This document shows, in pieces, positions 1 through 16,400 of a DNA stretch of 64,000 nucleotides. The stretch covers positions 124,001 through 188,000 of the forward strand of contig CT868021.1 of NCBI GenBank assembly GCA_000165425.1, written 5' to 3'. Each line of letters opens with the position of its first letter. Position 1 is the stretch's first letter. The stretch comes from Paramecium tetraurelia (taxonomy: Eukaryota). The notes below the pieces were generated by a model. It saw only the letters and a list, made by a program, of their open reading frames with translations, had not been told where the DNA came from and searched no databases. A program made the translations under genes and the position numbers.

Positions 1-151
1 TAAATTGCTGTTTGAATTATTAAAATTAAACCAATACTAAAAAGATAAAAATAGCTCCCTATCTACTGCTATGTATTATTATATTGAAATGCAAAAATTC
101 ATAAATTTTAGATAATATAATATATATTAATTACTTAAATATAACTTATTA

Positions 152-1671
152 ATGGATGCTATTAAAAACTTTGCCAATAACCTTACAAATAGAGATCAGA
201 GCAATAATACCAATGGTAAAATTGTGCCATTGGAGGATAAAGATAAAGAACCACTATCCATAAAAAATCCTTTGGGTAGGTAGTTATAATTTGTTAATGA
301 AGTATGGCTAATGAATTGCAGATGGCAGCTAGCAAAGGGATGCAAAAGCTCATACAATCAGTGGACAATGCAAAGGCCGATGTCAAATAGGGTTTCACTT
401 AATTGGATGATAAGTAATTGAAATTTGTAGAAGAATAGATTGAAGCTGATGTTGAAGCAGTACACTCGTTAAATCAACATATGGGCAAGATCAAAGGTGT
501 TATCATCGGTAATCATAGTGATCGAGAAATTTCGACCCACGGTTAAAGAAGGGCTCAAAGATCCTGATATGTGTTAGTGTGTGAAGAATTTAGTATTTTG
601 GAGAAACAATATATTAGGTTGATGATACTGTAGATGCAACTTGGCCAGAGATAGTGGATGAAGTTAAATATCAATTGATGTTGTAAATAGCTGATCCTTA
701 CACAGAAATAGAGGAGAAGAAGCAAACTCTTGCTTGTTTATACCCAATTGTTTGGATAAGGAACTGGTATCTCTATTCAAATTATCCTTATGACAGAAGT
801 GTTTGGAGACAATATAAAACCATGTATATATATGAGGCTAGAACAACATAGATCTTATTGGTTTTGGTATTTCGTATCATTGATTCCATTTTATGGTGTC
901 TCATAGTATTTCTATGTCTTGGATTTCATTATGATGGATAAAGGGGATGAATATCAGTTGGTCAAATTTATTTTGAGTTTTAAAACGTAAAACAATACTT
1001 TAATATAGAATGTTCTTCATAACCTAAGGAGTAATGAAGGCTTTGATAGGATATTTTATGCTATATGCCTGCACGACAATGAACTACATTGATAGTGCTT
1101 ACTAATCTGATTGCACAAGGAAGGGTCCAGGAGCCAGCATTGAAGTCTTTTCTGAGGTTATTGGACAAGGCATACAAGTAGTTCTTATTTGGGTGGCCTT
1201 CTTCCTTTTGTCATGCTCAAAATAAAAGGGGAAGCCAGTTTTTCAATATGATGATACTCCTTAATTGAAGGAGGGATGTTTTGAAAGGGGAGGTCGACTG
1301 AAGTACTTTATGTTTTGGGATATCTTTGCTTTGGGAGGCAGCATTGGACTGTTTTGGTTGGTGTATTTGACTTAGGATACTCGTCCTAATTTTGATAATT
1401 CAGGAGATTTTGTATATTACAAATATGATAACAATAGATTTACTTTACTGAAATTTGCTATGGAATGTTGAGTTTCCCATTTTTAATTTTTAATGTTCCT
1501 TTTGTGAACGGGAGATTGACAAAGGCCAAGGCAACTGCTTACGATAGAAAAGGCAATTGTATACCCGCAATTGATGGACTGAGAAAATAAATAAAGAACA
1601 ATCAAGATGAGGAAACGAGTTTTTTGCTGAATACTCTGTCAATAGATGTTGGGGAAGTATTTGATGGTTGA
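152..1671 (+). CDS. hypothetical multi-pass membrane protein (several tiny introns)
   Basis: ATG152 (MDAIKNFANN). Code-6 exons include IEKFRPTVKEGLKDPDMCQCVKNL|VDDTVDATWPEIVDEVK and several hydrophobic segments. TGA at 1669-1671. Exon structure near 460-520 is ambiguous. Confidence 0.6.
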
Positions 1672-1716
1672 TATATATAAAATTTTATATAATTTTGTTA
1701 TAAGAAATTTTAATTC

Positions 1717-3620
<1,904 letters not shown>

Positions 3621-3882
3621 TATTGCTATTTTCATTTGTATGTTGTATATAACAGTATATTAGATTAATTGTATTAAAAAGATTAAGATTTTTTATAGTA
3701 AATAATAAATAAAGAAAATTCTATTTATAAATATAATATATCTCTTATTTTAATCAATAAGTTATACTAAAACATTATATAAAATTTCTATGAATTTCAA
3801 TTAATATAGATATGCTATTTATCTTATTAATCATTTCAAGTGATTTATTAAGTAATAAATATTACAGTAATTTATATTTTAC

Positions 3883-6800
3883 TCATAAATTCATTTTTCT
3901 ATAAGACTGATTTGGGGATATGATAGCACTCTCGAAAACTTGATCAAACTATTGATCTCCCTACCACCTGTAGGTTGGAATATTATCAGATTCTAAATCT
4001 TCCGAACAATCGGTTATTTGATGCTTTTTAATTTCTTATTTAGGATTGTCATTGGAAACAATTTATTGATCAATTTCCTCATCCAGAAATTCGTTGCAAT
4101 CTTAATCTAAACTAAATGATTAGAGGAAGAATATACTAATTGTTGTTGTTAGCTTTTTAATCTTCCGATGAATCTTTTTCATCGAGATCTGCATCTGTGA
4201 AATGCTACTGCTTGACACAGACTTTCTTAATAAGCTTTTTAGAGTAGGCTTCCCAAGCCTTATAAAGAATGAGAACAGTTAAATAGTCATGTAAAATGTT
4301 GAAGTTTGCCTTGAGGTGTAAAATAGGAGAAATATTGCTTCTTTACAAGAACCGATTCCTTCTGTAATACATCAATCTCAACTACATTTCTTTATTGAAC
4401 TGCTTGATTTTTTTAATCGAAGAGTGAGGCCCATTCTTAAATACCTCCTCATGATAGCAAACTCGAAATAGTTCATACATTAGTTAATTGTATTGAATGT
4501 ATCCATAATGATCACTACAATATACCTAATAAGAAATACCATTAGATTTTGAAGGACGATGCCAATTTGCCAACATCCCAAAGATTTTCATCAATTCCGC
4601 CTCCCAATGGTTTGCCTATATCTAAAAGGAAGCGACAAAGAAATTTGTAATGCATGGCTTACCCTTGAGTCTCCGATGAATATTTGCACCAAATAGTCTT
4701 GATCTTGTCAACATTTTCCACGTAAGTCTGGATCATAGAGTTTTGTAACATAAAGAACTGTTCGAATTGTTCCACCAAGCCGAGGACAAATAAATTCAAG
4801 AGAACGTAATTAGACAGTAACATAAACAAGAAGAAGTAGATTTGGTTATAGATGCTTCCACAATATTGGTCATCTTCTACGCAAAAAGGATTATAAAACA
4901 TAGTGTCTGTCATAATGGTTCTCCAATCATCACCTGATGCGCATTTGAATAGAGCCAACATAGCTTATGCAACATTCTGGAAATTGATTTGATCATCCAT
5001 CACTTGGCCCTTTTCAAGATGCCCATACATTTGACAACCAAAAAGAGCGAAAATGAACATGGTAATGATGAGTATAGCAAATATTTTACCTAAGAATGGC
5101 ATAGCAAAGACCATCACTCTCATTAGTCTCTACAGATTGATTAAGCCCTGGAATATCAAGATAATTCTTAAACATCGAAGAGCAAAGAACAATCGCAAAA
5201 ACTGATATCCATCATCAGCTGGAGTGGATTTGAAGTATACTAATGCCCAATCTGCTTGGTAATCTGCAATAATATCAATAATTGCAATAGTGATTAAGAA
5301 GAAGTAGAATCTTCTCCAATGATTATCAAAATAACGATTGACTCCTAGAGCCAAAAAGAGGAGTATGTTCCACATTATGTACAAGTACATCAACGTATTA
5401 TGAGTATTATTAAGAGCATTGAAAAAGTCTTCGTCCATTTCTGAATAAAATAATAATAGGACAAATAAATCTATCAGCAGAAGACAAAACATTATCTTTT
5501 GACATGTAGAATTATTGGTTAGATCAGATGCAAATCTTCTTATCGTTGAAGTAGGAGGGGAGGAATAAATGGGGAAATCCTTAATAATGATTTATGAAAT
5601 CTCCATGAATTCAACCTGAGCTTTAGTGATGTCCGATCTTTCAATTTTACTCTGATTGTCTTTCAAATTCGAATACAACACACCTGTGAATAAACTCAGG
5701 AAGAACATTGATCCTATGAAACAAAACACCAAGAAAAAGAAGTATGTGGGGATATAACTATTAAATGCAACTGGCCCAATGTCAGAACTCTAACTGTTCT
5801 CTGCAATTTATAAGATTTCACCCCATCCATCAAAGGTTGAAACCACAAAAAGTGTTGGAATAGCAATTGTAATATTATCGAAATTATGCTTGTAATTAAT
5901 CCAAGTTCTATTCTATTCTAAACAATCATTCTTGTTCACATTGAATTGCACTTTATCATCACAATATCCAAATTACTGTTCATACAATATAATTCCATAC
6001 ACTCCAAATATTATCCAAACTGAAAGCATTGTTATCAAAACATTCCAAATATCAGCTAATGATCTTCCTAATGCCAATCTCAATTTATCTAACCATGACA
6101 ATCTATACATTAGTTTCATCACTCTAAAGTAACCAAAATACAATAAGAATTTGACAATAGGCTTCTTTTCATCATTAGATAAAAAGTGAAAGCAGAATGA
6201 TATAATGTAGATTACATCAATTATCTACCATGTGTATGTAATATACGATCCTTTATTCATCCACATCCCTTTTGCTATGCTACCAATGACTACTTCAAAG
6301 AGGAAAACGATGTTAGCCACAAATTGCAAAACCTCGGGGTAGTATTCTGAATTCTCTTCGTAATCATTGTAGGTCTTCAAGGCAAATACAATTGTGGAGA
6401 AGTACAATACTATGTCCATAAAGTAATTAAAAAATTAAGATGTGACTATTTGACAACAGAATATTCTCATATAATTCTCTTTGGAGAATATATATAATGA
6501 TTACTAACATTAAATACCTTCATACAATTAGGGATATTAATTTAAAATATCCTTATGCACTTATTCTAATTATATATTAAGCAATAAATACTTATTGACT
6601 TCATCAAATTTGTAATTGGTGTCTACTTTGTTTTCTTTGGTTGACTATCAATCAAATTCGCTTAGGAAATCAAGGGTTACAAATTTAACTGAAATTCCTA
6701 CATTTCCTATTCTTCAGTAATTTGTGAATTTTGATCTTCTGGCTATTCATTATTCTTATCCTCATTGTCCTTTTCTACAGATTCTTCCTATTCATTCATT

Positions 6801-9800
6801 TCTTTATTAATGGCTCCAAATCCATCCAATAATATAGCCAATACTAATCCATATGTAATGTAATTCAATACTATAACCATGGAATACGAGTAGATTACAG
6901 CAAACACATAATTGATATTTCCTCCCATCACATATACGCCATACCAGTCATCATTGGTCATAATATTGAATATAGTCATAAATGCTTTTAAAATATTATC
7001 GTATGAATGCAATTGACCTAGAGCATCCGTTTAATCAAACACACCTGCATACATCTCCATTCCAATCATTGCATAAATAAATATAACTAGAAACATCAGA
7101 AATGTTAAGTAGATGTATTATTTGAATGTTTTTTAAGCTATATGACCAATAGCTACTGCCATCTTATTATATTTTAACACTCTGTAGAATAGTAAGCATT
7201 TTGTTCCTCTAATCAAACGCAAGTTTTATTCACTTAAACTAGTCATTAATGAACTCATTGTTAATTCTATGAAATTTAAGATGACTATGCAAGATTAAAG
7301 TACTTAATCTGGACTATTTGCAATATCTTTCCAGGAAAACGCAATAAATCTCAGAATCAACTCAATACATAAAAATATAGTTGACACGTCCTCCTCATTT
7401 GATATTGTAACTGAATCTGCTATTCCTTACAAAGAGAGAAATGTAAAATTGATCAATATTACGAAATCAAAAAACAATTGGCAAACTTGAGATGTAATGA
7501 GTAGATATGAATACTTCTTTATTGTATCAATCTTTCCATACAAACCCAACATCCAAATCTAGATATCAATTACATTTAATCTCTTAAGCACATCTCTAAA
7601 ATTAAATAATCTCTTTTCATTCAACTTCAATACATCATTCCCAGACCATGTTTTCTTACTAATTAGAGTCTACTGAAAATCCTTTTTTCTCAACAATCTA
7701 TATTAAAATTCATTTGATGATTGATCAATTCTATTTTTCTATATTTTTGCTTTTATCTTCTAACAAACTCCATCATAATTTAGATAATATCCCTATATAT
7801 AAACAAAGTATTGATCCTGCCTTTTTATGAAAAATGGAACTTGTTAATCATTTTAGGTGGCTTTTTGCTTGGAAGAATACTTCATAGTCATCTTTTGAGT
7901 TATATGACGTTGCTCTATTGAATTGTTAGTTTCATTTTCATTATTCTCTGTAACATTGAGTATGATTCGTTTCACTTTATTAACAGGGAACTAAGAAGTT
8001 TGCTTATGGTCTTTGAAAATTTGTTGAATTTTAGTTTGCTTGATATCTGGATACATTATTGGAATTTTAACATATCTCATGTTGAGGATTTCTTTTTCTA
8101 TTTCTTTCTTCTCACAATCAGGTAAACTATTAATTACATAATCAAATACTTCAAAGTAGGTAAAACATCTCCTTCGCTTGAAAATGTTTATTATATTTAT
8201 TTATTAAGACAAGATTGCATTTGGGAAAATGAAAAGGATTTTAGCCTTTCTAAAATTTACAACTCAATTTCATCTTCCGTATACTTTTTTATACGAATTC
8301 TTTTCTATTTCTCCTATAAAATCAAAAACTTTGGTAACAATAAATTCTTGATTGTCAAATTCTATAAATAAATCCAAATTCTTTTTATCCAATTGATCTA
8401 ACATAATTGTAATATTCATTACATCCTCAATCTACTCTTCGTTTTTCTTTTATTTTGCAGACAAAATTCTTGTTTATTTGTTCTCCCCCTAATCAATGGT
8501 CATTTCTTCCAATGGGAAATTACGATATGTATTTCGCAAAGCCTATCTGTACTTCTTTATCACTTGAAAGAAATTCCTATAACGTAAGAATGCAACATCA
8601 AAGACATTTACAATATCTCTTTCAGGTATTTCTCTGTTTTCCTTGATCTTTTATTCAATTTTCCTCCTCTCCTCCTCTTAAGCATTCTCCTCAGTCGCCT
8701 CAGCATAATGAATCTTAATAACTGCTATCACCAAATTAAACCCAAAAAAACCACAGACAAAAATAATTAATAAATAATAAAGCCAAGTCCAAGGGTGATA
8801 TATTCTCATAGTAAAAAACATAACCCAACTCCAATCATCCATTGTAATAGTCCTTAAGACTTAGCCATAAGAATAAATTACAGTATTAAACGAAGTGGGT
8901 AGTTTAGGAGTGAATGAAGAATATTAACATGACATTCCATCCTCAAAACATGAGTTCTGATTACATTAAATCCACCCGTCTGTTTCATCACCATTATCAT
9001 ATTGGCATCTATAGTTAAATAAGCCTTAGAACAAAAAGACTCCACAAATTGCAAAGAACACTGAAAAAAGACCGACAATCATTAAAGCTTCCAGTAAAAA
9101 TCTGAAGGATTACTTTAAAGCCTTTAACATTACACCTAATCCAGCAAAAATGTCTCCCAAATAGAGTAACAATGTGATCACTCTAAGCGGTGACACATCA
9201 ACTTTAAATGTATCTGGATATGTTAAATTTAACACATATATGATGACCAAAATACAATCCATAATGTCCTAAAAATTTCTAAAGAAGGCTCTTTTTGGTA
9301 TTATAATTCCTGATGCAATTACCCTAAGACACAATTCTATTAAAAAACAAATCATGATTCCCTTCTCCATATCTTTTGTGGCTAATGAGTCTTACTTTGT
9401 CTACGAGTAAATGTATAAAGTAACATTAAATAGAATCAAAAAGGACATACAAATTTTAAAAAAGACACTTTACACTATTTTCTTACATAAAATGGGGATA
9501 AATAATGAGTAAAATACGAGTCGTTTTCTTAATTTTAAAAATTATTAATCGTCATGATAAGCCTCGTTATTAATGAAATTATTACATCAAGTTCATAATG
9601 CAGCCTTTCAAATCCGTGTAAATCTATTAGTTTCACATAGTAAGGATCTTCGAAGGGATTTCTTTCATATAGTTTCTTATATTTTCTTTTGATTTTGCTG
9701 TCTTCCTATTAATGGTCAATGTAATCTTCATCTTCGCTATCGGAAAGATTTTATTAATTTTTTTTAGTTTAATTGATTAATAACTTTGATTGAAACATAT

Positions 9801-10377
9801 TTCTTTAACTTGCGCGTGATCTTTTTAATGATTTATGGGATGATAAAACTTCACTGTTTTGTGAAATAAGCTATTTATCTCCGATACATTGTTTTTGTAA
9901 ACTAATGTCCTATTTTAGTCCCCATTAATGTTCAAAATCTAGAAATTAAATTTTTAAAACTGATCTTTCCATCCCATCCGACATATCTAAGGGATTAATC
10001 AAATCTTATTCAAAGGACATATTGGGTATGATAAGTTTATCTTATACTTAAAAAAAAGATGAGCGTCCCTATTGAAAACTTCCCAAATTATCCTTCAAAA
10101 TTATAGATTAATTAAATGATCTTTTGTCATTTTCTGAATCACTTGAGAAGGAAGAAGAGCTTCGAGATAAACCCTTATTCATGGAGACATTCACTTTTTA
10201 TTTGCTTTTATTAGATGAAACTGAATGTTTGCTTCCCAACATTCGATTTTTGCTATCATCTGAAATTTAGTTTTGAATGTTCGCTTTTCTATTAGCGATT
10301 TCTTTTGAGATTGAGAAATGCTTCTTAGTCGTTCTAACTTTTTTTTCAGAAACTATCCTGTCTTTAATTTTTTGCAT
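3883..10377 (-). CDS. four-domain (Cav/Nav-type) cation channel alpha subunit
   Basis: ATG10377 (MQKIKDRIV). Four 6TM repeats with pore loops TMDDW (8831-8845), TNDDW (6944-6958), TFDGW (5823-5837) and SGDDW (4923-4937). S6 of repeat IV reads LLSNYVLLNLFVLGLVEQF. Ends YRKMNL* at 3883. Confidence 0.9.
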
Positions 10378-10895
10378 TTCCTTTTATATATATTAATGAT
10401 AATATTCAATAATTTAAAGGCTGGATATAAAATTGAAATATAATTGCATCAAAATATAATCAAATCTGTTGTTTAATGATTCATTTTTTTGAGAAAATGT
10501 AACATTTGATGTATTATTATTTGTTAGTTTTGTTGAAGCATTCTAACATATCAATTTTAACGAACCCTCCTGATCTTAAACCACTTCCTAAGTGATTTCT
10601 TTGTTTCTTAATTATTTTTAGGTTCACCAAAATGTTTGTTTGGTATTAAGTTATGAATATAAATTTTAATTATTAAAATATTTCCAAGAATTTTTATTTT
10701 ATTCGATAATTTTCCACTTACTTGTTGTTTAATCATGTAGAATGAAAATAAATTTAATATCCTTGTTCTAAAACTGAAAATTTTTATCAAGCAATATATT
10801 TTCAAAATTTGATGGCTCCAAAAGTCATGAGGACTAAAGTAATATTGAAACAATGATGAATAATTGATTATAATTAATTAAATTTATTTATTTTC

Positions 10896-11834
10896 ATGTT
10901 GAACAAACCAAGATCAAGATTGCCCCCTCAACTATTGATTACTCCTAAATATGATGAAAACCTTGTAAATTGCAAAACCCAAGAGGATACTGTTAAAGAA
11001 TATAAAAGAAATACAAGTTACCAATAAAGAACTAGTTAGTAGAAGTATAATTTTCAGTTGTGCCATTAAATCGGGAAGGGATAATTCAGCAAAGTAATGC
11101 TTGTCAAGTAATAATTAACAATATGAGCAACTAGAAATGCTGGCGCTTTTTATGCTTTAAAGATGATTGACAAAAAGCTGATCCAAAAGTACAATATTGC
11201 TTAATAAGTCTAAAGAGAAATTGACATTTAATCATCAATATAGCACCCAAACATAGTTAAAATTTTCGGCAATTTCCAAGACAATGACTATGTCTATTTA
11301 ATAACTGAGTATTGTGAAAAAGGAAATTTGTTCTAAAAATAATTCTCCGAGGAAGATATAAAAAAAATAACTAAGCAAATTTTACTTGGAATCCAATACC
11401 TCCATTCAATGGGGATCATGCATAGAGATTTGAAGCCAGAGAATATCTACTTGACATCAGATAACAAAATTAAGATAGGAGACTTTGGCTTTTCTAATTA
11501 TAAAGGCAGAAGAAAGACTTTCTGTGGCACTCCTGAGTATATGCCGCCAGAGATTGTGATTTCTCAGGCGAATAAAACTTACTATCATGGGTATGATGAA
11601 AGAGTAGATATATGGGCCGTAGGAATATTATTATTTGAGTTGTGCAATGATACAGTTCCTTTTAGAGATATTGATCGAAATAGGCAGTAAGATAGGATTT
11701 GCAGGGAGCCCATCTAATTCAAAGAGGGTTAAGATTTAAATCTCATAGACTTTATTTAAAAATGTTTGTAAAAAGATCCTAATTAAAGGGCTGCAATACA
11801 AGAATTACTGCTACACCCATACTTATAAATTTGA
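10896..11834 (+). CDS. Ser/Thr protein kinase, Aurora-like
   Basis: IGKGQFSKV (Q from TAA), YALK, REIDIQ, HPNIV, HRDLKPEN, DFGFS, RRKTFCGTPEYMPPE, VDIWAVG. Intron 11108-11134. Confidence 0.9.
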
Positions 11835-12975
11835 TAATTAATTAATTTCATTCAATTTAAATAATTAAAGTTTTTTGAATCGCTTAAAAGTGATAATTTA
11901 AAAAAATCAAAAGAGTTCAAGTAACTAATCTTTAATAATTTAAGAGTTTCATGTAAAATACTATCGTAGGAATATTAAAAAAAAGAAGAATCCTTTTCTT
12001 TTTGCAATATATTAGAGTTATGATTATAAGATGGATAACTTATTAGGATATTTAAAAATTGAAATTTTTATTAAAATTCAGAAACATTTAAGTTAGTAAC
12101 TTTGAAAATTTGATTAAATTGTAACTTTGATATTAAATTGGAAATGGGAATTTTAGTTGATAAATGTAGCTAGAGGCTGAACTTAATTGAGAGAAAATTG
12201 CAATTAATTATTTCCGATGGATGGAGGTTAATTAATCTAAATAACATTATAAAGAGGAAGGCTGATATTGTTCTTAAAATTAAGGAAAGAAATCAATTAA
12301 AAATTTAATAAATTTAGACTAAATCTTTATTAGATGTTCAATTCTTAAGGTTGATTTAACAATATAAACAAATAATATTGAGTTGGAAATATATTTCTAA
12401 AAAAAATTACTTTTCTCTATGAAATCCCCCTAGTACCTTATCCTCGATGTTAAATTAATTACTAAGTGTCTCGTTATCGACCAATTTAATCGAATAATTA
12501 TCGGTATTATCGTGGTAAACATAATTTTTATTAAATGTGGAAACACAATAATGAATGGTGTAATTAATAAAATATTATGGAAACTTGCTGTGTAGAAAAT
12601 TAAATAATATGCTTTAAAATACATGATGTTATTATTTATTAAATCTAAAATAAAATTTATATTGAGTAATGAGAAAGGTGTTTTAAAAAATAAATTACAA
12701 AAAACTAACATACATATGTAAGAAGGGTTAATAGAGAGGTTTAACCATCTGAAAAACCAAAATTACTAAGGTTCAGCATACTACTGTTCCTTTGTTGTAA
12801 CTGAACTTATCTCTTTAACTCTCAACTTTAATACATTATAAAATTTATTTAAAAGTTGTTGATAAGTTCAACGAAGTGGAAAATTAATTTTGTTTATTCG
12901 AATGATCAAACAGTTGTAAATAATTCACCATATATAGGTAATTGGAAAGAATTAAAAATATAATATTAAAAATAG

Positions 12976-13344
12976 ATGGATAATGTTAACTCTTGCTTAA
13001 TGATGTTGAATTGCCAAAGCACAGAGGAGAGTGAATGTCCAAAGGATGAATTGAATGATTCAATAGATTTGTACATGGATTCGAAGAGTAATGTAATTGA
13101 AATTCGGATTGTGAAATACTTGCATGGGATGGGTATTCAGACTAAAACAGATCCAGGTTAGAAGGAGTAACACTATTGGAGTTCAAAGAGGCTTGAGAGT
13201 AACAAGAAATTAGAACCTTTTTGGAGTGATAGCAATCTGCCAATGAATTCTCCATTAATTCGTTTATTGAAGAGTCGACAATCTCAAACTTTCTAACATT
13301 TTGGGTAGAGTGCAAAATCTATTCAAGATTTTGGAACTTACTGA
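12976..13344 (+). CDS. small hypothetical protein (~122 aa)
   Basis: Code-6 ORF MDNVNSCLMM...SIQDFGTY*, with higher GC than its flanks. Confidence 0.55.
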
Positions 13345-13468
13345 CAATTAAGTTAGTGAAAATAAATGATAACTTAATGCTTAAATATAAATATCTTTTT
13401 ATAGTATTAATTGATTAATGTATATGAAAATATATTGTTTTAATAATATTATTGGGAATATTTTACAT

Positions 13469-16400
13469 TCATTCATATTCACTGATAGCTTCTAAGATGC
13501 ATGCGATTGACCAAGCCTAAGCTCTACATGAAAACACATTGTATTCTCCATTTCCATTGGTCATTTCTGGCAAGGAGTACCTAATAATAATTTCACTAGC
13601 ATTACCATTCATTTTGATGCAGAGTCATTTTGTGGTTTGATAAATAAGAATAAAATAGAGTTCTATTGATATGCTCTTTGCCATGAATAACTACTAAGGC
13701 TTTTAAAAAATATCCATAAACCCAAACCCACTCTGGTCCATTGTGATAAGAGAATCCATGAGATACATTGAAGATTTGAGATGAATCACTGTTATCGTAG
13801 AAATGAATATATTCTGAGGCAGCAGGATCAAGAGTCTTGACACCAATTGAATTCTCTCTTAATAAACATGCTTCAACAGCAGCGAGATGGAACTTGGCCT
13901 TTTCTTTGTGGAATAGTTCAGGAGCTAATCCAATAGCTATGCTGGCATTGCACCTTAATTAGTATTCATTTCTAGGCTTGGAAGACTTGACAAGATCCTT
14001 ATAGATTTGTCGATGTCTAACATGTTTTTCAACAATATGATAATCTTGGTAATTTGGATCATGTTACTTTGGAATGTAGTAATAACTTTCAAAATTGGCG
14101 ACTAAGAAATGGGACCATTCTTTGAAGAGTAGTTTCTTGCCATTAGGACAAATAACACCATCAAAAGGATAATGAGGATGAGCATGACTAACGAAATCTA
14201 AGCAAACTTTGAGAAGAGCAGTCAATTCAATAGGTGCTCCATCTCTACTAGTAGCAGGAATTCCTCTATTAATTTCTGATGAACCCATTTTATCCATCCA
14301 TGTCAAACAATTTAACCAATTTCCACCAACAATAAAACCAGTCTATTCATCTAGACTCAATTAAATGTTGAATCCTTCTGATTACATACAATTATCTATT
14401 TAGCCTCCTGCTCTCCATTCTCTGAATTTGATTCCAGAGGCATGACTCTAAAAGATCTTCTGAATAATTTCTGCTATTGTTTTCTTTATGACAATGCCTT
14501 ATGATTTCAATTAGTAATGTTTATCTATCTCATCATCTAGAAATACCATTTAGACTTCCTCATTAAGGATGTCAGTCTTTCCAGCATATTACACATAATC
14601 TTTGACTGCCTTAATGTACCACCAACAAGCATCTCTGCAATTATACCTTGGATTATTGCAAGAATCTAATAAGTTGGGAATGAGTCCGTGTCTTAAACAA
14701 GAACCAAAAGTTAACAGAGCATCTTTTGCTTCAGCCAGTAATCCATTTTCTAGATATATTCCCTTAAAGGATATGAAAGTGTCTCTGCCCCATGATCTGG
14801 CCCAACCAGTAGTAAAATGGGGTAATCCAGCTGCCATCTATTTAGATGAAGGCAACTCTGCAATAAATTGATACGAAGCTAGTTTTAACTCTCTTCTGAA
14901 TTATGATGTTTAGAGATTAGCTATGGAGAGCATACAATAGTTGTAGATGTAATCAACAAATTTACAGAAATAGGAAGGGATATGATGGCGAGGGATACCT
15001 TTGATTTATTGAGTGATGACATTTACTAATTTAGATACTTCCAATTATCCAAGTTATCGTTGTACTCTATCATTTAAATAGTCCAATAACCAATTTCCAT
15101 TTCTCAGATTTTCACAGATGGGATGTGCCAAATTGTTGTTTGTTTATGCTTCTCTTGTGGCAGAACGAGGACCAGCAAAGCCAGCATAAATAAGTTGTCT
15201 GTAATTAGGAATAAAATACAATCCTGTATTATTTTTGTCTCTCTCTTCAGGTTCAGACATAAAGAGTAAGTAATTTAGTTAATAAGAACTCAATGCATTG
15301 AAATGTACTTATTAGGATGCATCATTCAAGTGAGTGTCTAGGGATTACAAATGTTTCTCTTATTCAGAGTCAATTTGGCATTCAATGATGGCTGTAAATG
15401 AAGAAGGCAATTTAATGAACATTAATTCATTGCCTTGGATTTCAGCAAACTCTCGCAGATTTCGATGTTAAATAATTTTGACTGTCGATCCCTCTATGAA
15501 TTGATTGTTTTATTCAGGATGTTGTATAAAGTCTTCATGATAGAAGATAGCATCTACTTTGACGAGTTTTCCAGGTAATTTGATTGTACTAAATGGATTT
15601 GGAACTCCAAAAGAAGGAACAGTAATCAAAACCTTGGATCTACATTTGTCTTGAGTTTCTCTGGTGATGGTTTGAATGGTGTTGCCTTGATGTTAACAGA
15701 AGATAAAAGGGAACTAGTGGTTCAGTTCCTTTTTTATCTAATGTAATTTGAGTCTAATCAATTCCATTGTTGAATGAGATTTGGTTGGATTAGGTTCTAC
15801 TATTAGTTTCCTATTAGTGTGGTCAATCCAATTGGAGTTGACTTTATATTTGTATTCATATTATCCTTCATTCAACATTAGAGTATGAATGTAAGTGTTC
15901 TTATGGGCAATCAAAAGTAAGCCTTCTTTCCAGTCATCCCATGATCCAAACACTTCAACCTATTAATCTGGTAATCCATCATATCGAAATGCTATCTCTG
16001 ACTGTCTTTCAACACTTACTTGTTCTGTTGGAGCAACAACATTGTAGATTCTTCTCTCGCCTACAACTGATAACTTATGTGGCAAGAAACAATCATATCC
16101 CCTAACAGATCCACCCATACAACTACTAAAAGTAATTAAGGCAGCTATTGGCAATTGATGTTTGTAATCGTGAGTTTAGAGCAATGACTAATTATCATGA
16201 GATTACTCATAAATCAGAGCAGGACTATACTAAGGTTAGAGGATAGTGAAGCTTTCATTAATTGATTCGAATTGCTCTTGCAATTTGGGTAAAGATCCAA
16301 TTGATACTCGTCCATCTCCACTATAGTAATGCAATTCTCTATTCAGATGACCAGCATCATGACATCTGTTAGTTTCCCTAACCAAACAGTTGATTCCCAT

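Noticed and set aside
460..570. In-frame TGA near 565 in the first gene as selenocysteine or readthrough
   Set aside because: A better reading frame exists, and a 22-nt intron (497-518) can join it, so no recoding is needed.
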